Origin: Candidatus Multivoradales bacterium
Lineage (GTDB): Bacteria > Acidobacteriota > Thermoanaerobaculia > Multivoradales > Multivoraceae
Length of the DNA stretch: 64,000 nt
Assembly: GCA_965223325.1 (NCBI GenBank)
Contig: CBDCWI010000002.1
Coordinates: 672,001 to 736,000 of the forward strand
Reading direction: 5' to 3'
Part shown: one piece after another, positions 10,030 through 19,288 of the stretch
Numbering within the stretch: position 1 is the first letter of the stretch
Layout: each line of letters opens with the position of its first letter
The notes under the pieces: model-generated
Told to the model about the DNA's origin: nothing
The model's input: only the letters and a program-made list of their open reading frames with translations
The model's database searches: none
Program-made: the position numbers and the translations under genes

Positions 10030-11517
10030 ATGCAAACGATCGACCATCTGATTCATGGCCAGGCGAGGCCGGGATCCGGTGACCGTACGAGCCCGATCTG
10101 GAACCCTGCCACCGGCGAGCGCCTGCATGACCTCTCCCTGGCGAGCCTGCATGAGGTCGATGCGGCGGTCGACGCGGCGTCACAGGCCTTCCGCTCCTGG
10201 AAGACGTCGAGTCTGGCCCAGCGCACCAAGCTCATGTTCGCGTTTCGCAACCTGGTCGAAGCCAATGCGAGCGAGATCGCCAGTTGCCTCTCCCGCGAAC
10301 ATGGCAAGGTCAAGAGTGACGCTCTGGGCGAGGTCGCGCGCGCGGTCGAGAACATCGAGTTCGCCTGTGGCATTGCCGAGCTGCTCAAGGGCAGCTACAA
10401 CGAGTCCGCTTCGAGCGGAGTCGACGTCTACACGGTGCGCCAGCCGCTAGGGGTCGTCGCAGGGATAACCCCGTTCAACTTCCCGGCGATGGTGCCGATG
10501 TGGATGATCCCCAACGCTGTCGCCTGCGGCAACACCTTCGTTCTCAAACCTTCGGAAAAGGACCCCTCGGCACCGCTCATGCTGGCCGAGCTCTTTCACG
10601 AGGCCGGCTTTCCACCCGGGGTGCTCAACGTCGTCCATGGCGACAAGCTGGCCGTTGACCGACTGATCGAGCATCCCGAGGTTCGGGCGCTCAGCTTTGT
10701 GGGCTCAACGCCGATTGCGCGCTACGTACACCAAGAGGCCAGCCAGGCCGGGAAACGCGTACAGGCCCTGGGCGGAGCGAAGAACCACATGGTGGTGCTT
10801 CCGGATGCCGACATCGATCTCGCCGCCGACGCCGCGGTCTCGGCAGCCTTCGGCTCCGCCGGTGAGCGGTGCATGGCGATCTCGGTGGTGGTGGCCGTGG
10901 GTTCCGCGGCCGATCCGCTGGTGGCCGCGATCCAGGAGCGCATGGCAAAACTGCGGATCGGCCCGGGCGACGACCCCCAGTCTGAGATGGGGCCGCTGAT
11001 CACCCGCGAGCATCGAGATCGGGTCGCCGGCTACATCAACGAAGGGCAAGAAGCCGGCGCGCGGGTGGTCGTCGACGGGCGCGAGGCGCAGTTCCCAAAC
11101 GGCGGCTTCTTCCTCGGCGCCACGCTCCTCGACCAGGTGACGACCGACATGTCGGTCTATCGCGACGAGATCTTTGGTCCCGTCCTCGCCGTGATGCGTG
11201 TCGAGAGCTATCCCGAGGCTCTCGCCATTCTCAACCAGAATCCCTTCGGCAACGGCACCGCGATCTTCACCCGTGACGGCGGCGCGGCGCGGCGCTTCCA
11301 AGAAGACGCCGAGGTCGGCATGGTGGGCATCAACGTACCGATTCCGGTCCCGGTCGGGTATCACTCCTTCGGTGGTTGGAAAGACTCGCTGTTTGGCGAC
11401 GCCCACATGTATGGACCCGAGGGAATCCGCTTCTTCACCCGCGCCAAGGCGATCACCAGCCGCTGGCCCGACCCGGCCGAAAGCACGGTGGACCTGGGTT
11501 TCCCGCGCCTGTCGTAG
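10030..11517 (+). CDS. mmsA: CoA-acylating methylmalonate-semialdehyde dehydrogenase
   Basis: ITPFNFPAM, KPSEKDP, GGAKNH, GERCMA, EIFGP, GINVPIPVP; RBS GAGGA. Confidence 0.93.
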   Translation: MQTIDHLIHGQARPGSGDRTSPIWNPATGERLHDLSLASLHEVDAAVDAASQAFRSWKTSSLAQRTKLMFAFRNLVEANASEIASCLSREHGKVKSDALGEVARAVENIEFACGIAELLKGSYNESASSGVDVYTVRQPLGVVAGITPFNFPAMVPMWMIPNAVACGNTFVLKPSEKDPSAPLMLAELFHEAGFPPGVLNVVHGDKLAVDRLIEHPEVRALSFVGSTPIARYVHQEASQAGKRVQALGGAKNHMVVLPDADIDLAADAAVSAAFGSAGERCMAISVVVAVGSAADPLVAAIQERMAKLRIGPGDDPQSEMGPLITREHRDRVAGYINEGQEAGARVVVDGREAQFPNGGFFLGATLLDQVTTDMSVYRDEIFGPVLAVMRVESYPEALAILNQNPFGNGTAIFTRDGGAARRFQEDAEVGMVGINVPIPVPVGYHSFGGWKDSLFGDAHMYGPEGIRFFTRAKAITSRWPDPAESTVDLGFPRLS

Positions 11518-11536
11518 GCCGATGGACGGTCCACGA

Positions 11537-12160
11537 CTAGACCGGTCCAGCCTGCGAGGTGAACTCTTCTCCGTCGTCATCTTCGGTGTGACTGGCGTCA
11601 TCGAGCAGCGAGACCGTAAAGGGCGGCTGACCCTCGAACGCAGTGATCGAACTGTTGGTCCAGTGCGGTGGCAGGTCGCCTTCGGCAGAAAGGTGGTCTT
11701 CGACCATCGCTCGACAGACCAAACCATGCGCCACCAGAATGTGACAACGGGGAGGCGACAACCCACTCCAGCTCGGCGCCAGGCGCTCGAAGGTTGCGCC
11801 CACCCGCTGCCTGAAGACCGGCCAGCTCTCACCCGCCGGAGGCTCGTAGAGAGGCGCCATGATGTCGACACCGATGTCGCTGTAGGCGCGCCCCCGAAGG
11901 TCACCGAAGTCGCGCTCCCGTAGACCCTCGTCGATCTCGACCCGCGCCCCACAACGCCGGCCGATGACCAGGGCGGTCTCGTGGGCTCGCGCCAGGTCAC
12001 TGGTCAGAAGGCGCTCGATCTGCCAACCCTCGCGGCGGATGCGCTCGGCCAGGAGCTCGGCCTGGCGGCGGCCACGGGCGTTGAGTGGTGTCTCGGGCGT
12101 TTGCACGATGCGATTGGCGTTGGAGGCCGTCTCGCCGTGTCGTACCAGGAGGACGGTCAC
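11537..12160 (-). CDS. Histidine phosphatase (phosphoglycerate mutase) family protein
   Basis: LVRHGET, SDLARA, LRERDFG, VAHG; GTG start with GGAG upstream. Confidence 0.88.
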   Translation of the reverse strand: MTVLLVRHGETASNANRIVQTPETPLNARGRRQAELLAERIRREGWQIERLLTSDLARAHETALVIGRRCGARVEIDEGLRERDFGDLRGRAYSDIGVDIMAPLYEPPAGESWPVFRQRVGATFERLAPSWSGLSPPRCHILVAHGLVCRAMVEDHLSAEGDLPPHWTNSSITAFEGQPPFTVSLLDDASHTEDDDGEEFTSQAGPV

Positions 12161-12283
12161 CGGCGGGTTCTCCCACCCGACCGTGGGTTCTCGATGGAGC
12201 TCATGCGCTCGAACCGTATCCGAAACGGATATCCGATCTTCTCGGGTACGATCGACGCCAGACAAAGCGGGAGCAAGAGGAGC

Positions 12284-13699
12284 ATGTCCGAGGCAGTCCT
12301 TTCGCCTTCGGCCGAGATCGGTGCGGCCCAGGAGACCAGCGTCACCGTACCCTTCATCGGTGCCGTCGACCGCCCGCGAGTCGTGATCGTCGGGGCCGGG
12401 TTTGGCGGGCTCGAGTGCGCCCAACGGCTGCGTTCCGCACCGGCCGAAGTCGTGGTCATCGACCGCACCAACCATCACCTCTTCCAACCTCTGCTCTACC
12501 AGGTGGCAACTGCGGCCCTGTCACCAGCCGACATCGCGCGACCGATTCGCGCCATCCTCAGACGTCAGCGCAACGCGGCCGTGGTGCTTGCCGACGTCAA
12601 GCACATCGACACAGAACGGCGTGTCCTCGAACTCGACGGTGCCGACCCGATGCCCTACGACACCCTGGTCCTGGCAATCGGTGCGCGCCACTCGTACTTT
12701 GAAAACGACGACTGGGAGCGCCACGCGCCAGGGCTCAAGACCCTGGGTGATGCGCTCGCGATACGCCGCCGCATTCTGTTGTCCTTCGAACGCGCCGAGC
12801 GCGCCGCCCTCGATTCCCCAACGACGGTTCGCACCGGCAATCCGGACCTGACCTTCGTGGTGGTTGGTGCCGGACCCACCGGAGTCGAGCTTGCCGGTGC
12901 CATCGCCGAGATCGCTCACCAGACGTTACGGCGCAACTTTCGGGCGATCGATCCAACCCGCACCCGGGTCCTCCTGGTCGAGGCGGCCCAGGAGGTTCTA
13001 CCGCCGTTTCCGAGCGACCTCGGCGAGAGCGCGCGGCGACAGCTCGAAGAGCTCCGGGTCGAGGTCCGCCTGGGAACGCGCGTCATCGGGGTCGATGCCG
13101 AAGGGGTCGATCTCTCTTCTGGTCAGGACTCTGAACGCGAAACCGAGCGCATCGCGTGCCGTAATGTCTTCTGGGCGGCCGGCAACGCAGTGTCTGGATT
13201 GTTGAAGGACCTCCATGCGTCCTACGACCGTCAGGGACGGGTCAAGGTTCTGCCGGATCTTTCGGTTCCGGGCCACCCCGAGATCTTCGTCATCGGCGAT
13301 GCCGCCCACTGTAAGGACACCAATGGAACAGCGCTCCCCGGCGTGGCCCAGGTGGCGAAGCAGCAAGGTCGCTTCGTCGCCGAGTTGCTCGCGCGTGAGG
13401 GCTTTGCGCGCGACACCACATCGAAACGCAGCTTCAGCTATCGCGACCCCGGCACCATGGCGACGATCGGCCGGGCGCGCGCCGTGGCCTGGCTCGGCCG
13501 CTTCCGCTTCGGCGGCCTGGTTGCCTGGTTGCTGTGGAGTTTCCTCCACGTGTTCTTCCTGATCGGTTTTCGCAACCGCGTTTCGGTGATGCTCGAGTGG
13601 ATCTTCTGGTACTGGAGCGGGCGGCGCGGTGCGCGACTGCTCTATCGCTCAGCCGAAGAAGAGACCTTCATCCCTCGCGCGCGCTCCCCCAAGCGCTAG
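12284..13699 (+). CDS. ndh: Type II NADH:quinone oxidoreductase
   Basis: GAGFGG, FQPLLYQVATA, GAGPTGVELAG, WAAG, IGD, AQVAKQQG; RBS GAGGAG. Confidence 0.9.
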   Translation: MSEAVLSPSAEIGAAQETSVTVPFIGAVDRPRVVIVGAGFGGLECAQRLRSAPAEVVVIDRTNHHLFQPLLYQVATAALSPADIARPIRAILRRQRNAAVVLADVKHIDTERRVLELDGADPMPYDTLVLAIGARHSYFENDDWERHAPGLKTLGDALAIRRRILLSFERAERAALDSPTTVRTGNPDLTFVVVGAGPTGVELAGAIAEIAHQTLRRNFRAIDPTRTRVLLVEAAQEVLPPFPSDLGESARRQLEELRVEVRLGTRVIGVDAEGVDLSSGQDSERETERIACRNVFWAAGNAVSGLLKDLHASYDRQGRVKVLPDLSVPGHPEIFVIGDAAHCKDTNGTALPGVAQVAKQQGRFVAELLAREGFARDTTSKRSFSYRDPGTMATIGRARAVAWLGRFRFGGLVAWLLWSFLHVFFLIGFRNRVSVMLEWIFWYWSGRRGARLLYRSAEEETFIPRARSPKR

Positions 13700-15588
13700 G
13701 GACCGGGTCGACCCGGTCGTGGCGGCCCAGCGGCGCGAACGCCGCGACCTGGCCGTCGGCCGTTGGCCACCGCGTTCGACCACAGTGAGGTTCCACCGCT
13801 CTCGAAACCGTCGCGAAAGAGCAGGTTGCGCAAGAGGCGGGTGCCTGAGATCACCAGCAAGTTGCCGACGTCGTGGAGACTGCCGTTGTCTCCTAGCATC
13901 TCGTTGATGATCAGATCGGAACGACCGTCGCCATCGACGTCGCCCGCTGCCGCGCTGTAGGCGAGGGTGTCACCGGAGTTGCCGCCGGCGTTGTTGCCGC
14001 GCGCGCCGCGAATCTCGGCGACGAAGAGGTCGTCCGGGTCCGGAAGGTCGAAGAGCTCGACCACCGCGGGCCAGGCACCTTCCTGGCCGTAGGCAATGTG
14101 TACGACGCCGGCGTGGGTACGGCTCTGGGGGTTGCCGTGCGGTGAACTGAACATCAAGTCGCCCTGGCCGTCGCCGTCGAAATCGCCGTGCGCGGCGGTA
14201 TCGGCTCCGATCGCTCCGGCGTTCGGGCCCTCGATCACCGTGAACTCCAACGAAGCGGGCGGCATGTCGAGATCGAAATCGAGCCCCTTGAGTTCGGCGG
14301 CGTCAAAGAACACATGCCCGATCCCTGCGTTTAGACCAGCCGGTCCAGCACCCGTCAGATCGCCAACGAACAAGTCCGCCTGTTGGTCGCCGTCGTAGTC
14401 GAGCCCACCCAGGATCTCCTCACCGAAGCTCACATTGCGGGTGCTCCCATCGATGACGGTCGACGAAAGAGCGTTTGCGCCGGCGACCAGCGAGAAACCG
14501 TCGACCCAGGGAGGCGCAGGGAAAGCGTCGTCCCAAACGATATAGAGCGCGCCGTCGGGCGAGCGACCCCCGGGACCGGCGTCGCCAAACCCCGAGGGTG
14601 GCGCCAGGAGACCACCGACCCGGTTGAGCGCCGCGCCTACGAGCACCTCGGCCTTGCCATTGCCGTCCAGGTCCGCCGCCTGGACGGTGGCGCCGAAGTG
14701 GTAGTCGCAGGCGGGGGAAGGAGGCCTGATCTCAGCCACCCGCCCCGCGAGACCGAAGCCCGGCGACCCGAAGTCGAGAAGGTCGTAGCGAGTACCACTG
14801 GCGAGTTCTGTACCGCCGAGGATGACCCAGGCCGTCCCCTGGTCGGCGGTCGCACTGCAGCCAACCCCGGTGTAGTGCACGACGCGGTCCGCACCGACGA
14901 CCAGGTCGTTGGTGCCATCACCATCGACGTCACCGGCGCGCGCCCACATGCAGAAGCGGTCGAACTCTGCGCCGCCCGTGATCTCGGTAACGGTCAGGCT
15001 GGCCGGCGGCGAAGCGAGGTCGAGCACCGTCTCGGTCAAGGCGAAGTCACGGACGGCGGTGCCGCCGACGAGAATGGTCAGCTTGCCGGCCCCGGAACGC
15101 CCCGTGGCTGGCTCGTAGTTCTGGCTACAAATCAGCAGATCGCCAGTGCCGTCGCCGGTCACATCGTCAATCCAGATTTCGCTTCCCGCATGCTCACTCG
15201 AGTGCGCGCCAGCGATGCGCAACGTCCGCCCTGACAACACGGTGGTGTCGACCGTCCCCTCGATGGTCCCGGTCCCGTGGATCAGGTAGACCAGACCATT
15301 CTCGGAGCGACCAAGTGAGCTGTTGGTCATCGCCGATATCGCCCAGTCCGCCAGACCGTCGCCGTCTATGTCATGGCCACCGGCAACCGGTACGCCGTAG
15401 GTGCCGCCGTCTGGGTTCGAGCCCAGTGTGCGATGGATGCCTTCGTAGCTGTCGAGCAAGAGATCGATGACCAGACCGGCCTGGGCGGCAACGGGAACCG
15501 TACCGGTGGGAGCCATCAACGCGAGTAGAACGGGCGCGAGCCACCCGACAGTACATCTCAAGACATCTTCACCTCGGTGGTACACCAT
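13696..15588 (-). CDS. Secreted FG-GAP/integrin-alpha repeat protein
   Basis: Signal-like N-terminus; about 7 DxDGDGxxD repeats; C-terminal LFRDGFESGGTSLWS. Confidence 0.85.
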   Translation of the reverse strand: MVYHRGEDVLRCTVGWLAPVLLALMAPTGTVPVAAQAGLVIDLLLDSYEGIHRTLGSNPDGGTYGVPVAGGHDIDGDGLADWAISAMTNSSLGRSENGLVYLIHGTGTIEGTVDTTVLSGRTLRIAGAHSSEHAGSEIWIDDVTGDGTGDLLICSQNYEPATGRSGAGKLTILVGGTAVRDFALTETVLDLASPPASLTVTEITGGAEFDRFCMWARAGDVDGDGTNDLVVGADRVVHYTGVGCSATADQGTAWVILGGTELASGTRYDLLDFGSPGFGLAGRVAEIRPPSPACDYHFGATVQAADLDGNGKAEVLVGAALNRVGGLLAPPSGFGDAGPGGRSPDGALYIVWDDAFPAPPWVDGFSLVAGANALSSTVIDGSTRNVSFGEEILGGLDYDGDQQADLFVGDLTGAGPAGLNAGIGHVFFDAAELKGLDFDLDMPPASLEFTVIEGPNAGAIGADTAAHGDFDGDGQGDLMFSSPHGNPQSRTHAGVVHIAYGQEGAWPAVVELFDLPDPDDLFVAEIRGARGNNAGGNSGDTLAYSAAAGDVDGDGRSDLIINEMLGDNGSLHDVGNLLVISGTRLLRNLLFRDGFESGGTSLWSNAVANGRRPGRGVRAAGPPRPGRPGP

Positions 15589-15669
15589 CGACCCTGAGCA
15601 CTACAAAAAGGGCTTTGAGAGCACCTCGTCGCCGACCAGAGTGCCCACCAAAAGTATAGTTCAGCCTCG

Positions 15670-16836
15670 ATGACATCTTCGCCGCATGAGCCGTCTGGCC
15701 CCGACTCCGATGCTCTTAGCCCTGGCTGGCAACGAGGGTTGCGCTGGCTGTTGATCGCGATGGTCTACCTGGCGGCGGCCGGAAGCACCCTCGACACCTT
15801 CATGGATCGCTGGGGGCTGGATAGCGCTTCACCGAATGCCACGTTCGTGCGCATGCTCGAGCGCAGTGCCGATCGGCCGTATGTACACCGGCTGCTGGTC
15901 CCCGTCACCGCGAAGGCCATCGCCCTCAATATGCCTTCACCGATTCGCCGTCAGTTGGAGGCACCCCGCGGCGAGCGCGGTCTGTCATTGGCAGACCGGG
16001 TGGTCGAACGTTACGGCCACGGCCACGAGGACCCTCTCCTCTACGCTTCGACCTACGCTCTGGTGGGTATCGCCTGTCTTTTTCTGCCCTGGATCTGGCG
16101 CCAGGTGCTCCACGAACCTGCCAGCGGGTTGCCGACGGGTAGCCGGTGGTTGAAAGACGCGGCACCCGTTGGCCTGGTGCTCCTCCTGCCGCTCTGCTTC
16201 GGTCGCGGAGGCTACCTGTATGACCTGCCGGCGCTCGCTCTCTTGTCACTCGCCTTTCTCTTCTTCCAGAAGGAGCGCCCGCTTTTGTTCGCGCTCTGCC
16301 TCGGCCTGGCGGTCCTCAACAAGGAGGCTGCCCTCCTCGCCCTCGCCTGGCCAGCGGCGCGCATCGCAGCAAAAGAACGACAGGAGGAACGGCAAGCGGC
16401 GCTCCGCTTCGCTTTTCCAGCCGTCGCTTCAGCCACCGCGCTGGCTACCGCGACGCTGTCCTTCTACCGTCATCACCCGGGCGGCATCGTCGAGCATCAC
16501 CTCGCCGGCAACCTCGCGAGCTGGTTCGACGCCGGCACCTGGCTGCATGCGCGCGACGTCTTCGCTGCCGGCCTACCCACACCTCAGGGGTTCAACCTGC
16601 TCAACGTCGCCATGGTCGCTGGGCTCCTTGCTGCCGGCTGGAAGACCACGCGCCGCGAGACCCGCCTGGCTTTCACCTTCGCCGCTCTCTTGACGCTGCC
16701 GCTCTTTCTCGCCTTCGGCTATCGCGACGAGGTGCGGGTGTTCGACACCGCCTTGCCGCCCTTCCTGGTACTCGCCAGCCAGGCGCTACAGAACCTGTGG
16801 GGGACGGCTCGGGGTCGCACTCAGGAGGAGACCTGA
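15670..16836 (+). CDS. Polytopic membrane protein, possibly GT-C glycosyltransferase-like
   Basis: Multiple TM helices; RPYVHRLLVP, YLYD, LNKE, DEVR motifs. Confidence 0.55.
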   Translation: MTSSPHEPSGPDSDALSPGWQRGLRWLLIAMVYLAAAGSTLDTFMDRWGLDSASPNATFVRMLERSADRPYVHRLLVPVTAKAIALNMPSPIRRQLEAPRGERGLSLADRVVERYGHGHEDPLLYASTYALVGIACLFLPWIWRQVLHEPASGLPTGSRWLKDAAPVGLVLLLPLCFGRGGYLYDLPALALLSLAFLFFQKERPLLFALCLGLAVLNKEAALLALAWPAARIAAKERQEERQAALRFAFPAVASATALATATLSFYRHHPGGIVEHHLAGNLASWFDAGTWLHARDVFAAGLPTPQGFNLLNVAMVAGLLAAGWKTTRRETRLAFTFAALLTLPLFLAFGYRDEVRVFDTALPPFLVLASQALQNLWGTARGRTQEET

Positions 16837-17852
16837 GAGCCTCTGCGAGCCACCGCACGGTCAACCATCCGCCCGCAGAGTTCCGCGAATTCGATCCCCG
16901 CCACCGCCGCCGACTGCGGCAGCAGGCTGGTGACCGTCATACCTGGCAGAGTGTTGACTTCGAGGCAGAAGATCGACCCGTCACCGTCGAGGCGAAAGTC
17001 GACGCGGCTGAAGTCGCGCAGACCGAGGGTTCGATGGGCGAGGAGCGAGAGACGCTTCAGTTCCTGCGTCTGCTGGTCGGGAATCGCCGCTGGAAAGATC
17101 TCCTCGGCACGACCGGGAGTGTATTTGTCGTGGAAGTCGAAGATCTCACCCTGGGGGATGATCTCGCCCACTCCCAGTGCCTCATCCCCTAAGACCCCGA
17201 CGGTCAGCTCACGTCCCGGAACGTAGCGCTCGAGAAGGACCTGACTGTCCCAGAGCATGGCGCGACCAAGGGCCTGGTCGAACTCGGCCTCGCTGTGCAC
17301 CAGGGAGAGGCCCACCGTCGAACCGACCCGGCTCGGTTTGACCACCACCGGTAGACCGAGCGCCCGCACCTCCGACGCGGTCGGTACAGAACGCGTGGTC
17401 TGCAGTAACCAGGGCGCGGTCGGAACACCTGCCGCCCTGAGCAGACGTTTGCTCAGGTCTTTGTCCATCGCCACCGCGCTACCGAGATGATCGCTGCCGG
17501 TATAGAGCAATCCTTCAAGCTCGAGGAGTGCCTGGACAGCTCCACCCTCGCCCTGACGGCCATGCAGCACCAGGAAGATGACCTCCGCCAGACGCAGCTC
17601 GGGAAGACGAACGGTGGCGAGCAGGTCTTCCTGCTTCTCGAGGCGTCTGACCTCCGCTCTGCCTGGCGGCGCACTCCCCACCGCTGCACCGAGCACTTCG
17701 CCTTCGCGCTCGCCAGCGAGCGAGCCCAGACAGGTGTCGACGACAGAAACCTCGTGTCCCAGGGACCGCAGGGCGGGCGCGACCTGGCCTGCTCCGGCCA
17801 GCGCGACGCTTCGTTCAGGGGTTGAGCCACCAGTGAGCACAGCGATTCGCAT
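16821..17852 (-). CDS. ddl: D-alanine--D-alanine ligase
   Basis: GGSTPERSV, LHGRQGEGG, MDK, SRVDF, LEVNTLPGMT. Confidence 0.93.
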   Translation of the reverse strand: MRIAVLTGGSTPERSVALAGAGQVAPALRSLGHEVSVVDTCLGSLAGEREGEVLGAAVGSAPPGRAEVRRLEKQEDLLATVRLPELRLAEVIFLVLHGRQGEGGAVQALLELEGLLYTGSDHLGSAVAMDKDLSKRLLRAAGVPTAPWLLQTTRSVPTASEVRALGLPVVVKPSRVGSTVGLSLVHSEAEFDQALGRAMLWDSQVLLERYVPGRELTVGVLGDEALGVGEIIPQGEIFDFHDKYTPGRAEEIFPAAIPDQQTQELKRLSLLAHRTLGLRDFSRVDFRLDGDGSIFCLEVNTLPGMTVTSLLPQSAAVAGIEFAELCGRMVDRAVARRGSQVSS

Positions 17853-19114
17853 CAGCTTTGGCCTCCTGTCGCGGTCGACTGCACTTTGGCAGACATCCGA
17901 CGGCTGAGATAGACGACGGCCACCAAGCAGGCAGCCAGCTCAACGGCACCGGCGAGCACGAACGCCGGGCCGGCACCCAGCCGCTCGTAGATCAAGGCGC
18001 CAGCCACCGGCCCGACAGCGAAACCCGCTGAACCCGCCAGGTTGAAGCCGCCCATCGCCGCCCCGCGGGTTTCTTCATGGCTCCAATGGCCGGTCAGAGC
18101 AATCGCCGGCGGGAACATGATCGACGCCAGGATACCCAGAGCCGCCATCACCCACCACAGAGCGTAGAGACCCGAGTAGCCCACCAGGCAAAGGCCGAGC
18201 CCGTAGAGAAACGACCCGACAACGAGCGGCCGCAGCGGCCCCCAGCGATCTGTCAAGCGCCCGGTAAACGCCTGCAGAAACGCGAAGGGTAAGAGAAAGA
18301 CGGCCAGATAGCGGCCGCGGACCGCCGGGTCACCGGCGCCGAGACTCTCGAGGTAGAGCGGAAACAGGACCACGAACAGGCCAACGGTGTAGCGGTCGGC
18401 GAAGTGAAAAAGGTAAGGCAGGAGCAAGCGCGGCCGCGACACCAACGCGTCGCGCACCGAAGCGAGGCGCAGCGCCGGCAGCCGCGTGCGCGGGTCACCG
18501 ACGACCAGACTCATGGCGGCGAGCACCAGAAACAGTCCACTGGCCAGGAACAGTGGCGCCTCGGGACCGAAGTGAGACGTCAGGTAGGCACCGACCGGAA
18601 TGCCCATCGAGATCCCGAAGATCAAGCAGGCGCCCATGATGCCCATGTTGCGGCCGCGGCCCTCTTGGGCAGGCTCGTCGACCACGATGGCCATCAAGCT
18701 CGACCAACCCATCACCGAGAACACCCCCTGAACGAAGCGCAGAAGAAGGAGCACGCCAACGCTCGACGCGAAGGCGAAGGACGCATAGAGGAGGGCGGAG
18801 ACCAGGAAACCAACGATCACCAACGGGCGTCGACGACCCAGACGATCGCTCGCCACCCCCCAGACCGGAGCGAACAGCACATAGGCCACCATTTCGGTCG
18901 AAAAGAAGAGGCTGACCTGAAACAGGCTGCCACCGAGGCCGTCGACGATCAGCGCCTCGAGTCCGATCACCGGCAGGGTGAGATTGAACATCGCCACGCC
19001 CAGGAGAAGCGACGGCAGGATCACCGTCTGGAACGGCGCCCGCGCCGGAGCTCTGAGCCTCGAGGGCGGGGGGGCGGACCGGCGTGCCGGCGTTGGCATC
19101 TGGGAAGAAGACAT
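17852..19114 (-). CDS. MFS transporter
   Basis: 12 TM pattern, motif A SDRLGRR and TDRWG. Confidence 0.9.
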   Translation of the reverse strand: MSSSQMPTPARRSAPPPSRLRAPARAPFQTVILPSLLLGVAMFNLTLPVIGLEALIVDGLGGSLFQVSLFFSTEMVAYVLFAPVWGVASDRLGRRRPLVIVGFLVSALLYASFAFASSVGVLLLLRFVQGVFSVMGWSSLMAIVVDEPAQEGRGRNMGIMGACLIFGISMGIPVGAYLTSHFGPEAPLFLASGLFLVLAAMSLVVGDPRTRLPALRLASVRDALVSRPRLLLPYLFHFADRYTVGLFVVLFPLYLESLGAGDPAVRGRYLAVFLLPFAFLQAFTGRLTDRWGPLRPLVVGSFLYGLGLCLVGYSGLYALWWVMAALGILASIMFPPAIALTGHWSHEETRGAAMGGFNLAGSAGFAVGPVAGALIYERLGAGPAFVLAGAVELAACLVAVVYLSRRMSAKVQSTATGGQS

Positions 19115-19288
19115 AGGCGAAGGGGCACGATGCGGACGGCTTTCGGTCGTGCGGCCGTACTGTATCCGCGATCGATGGCGAGAAAGTGGCCGTCGCGTGC
19201 TCTCCAGGATCGTTCATCGGCGGGCCCGTGAGCGCTATCGGCGGCGCCCAACCCGCGGTAGGCTGGTCCCAAAACGGAGGCACGAGCC

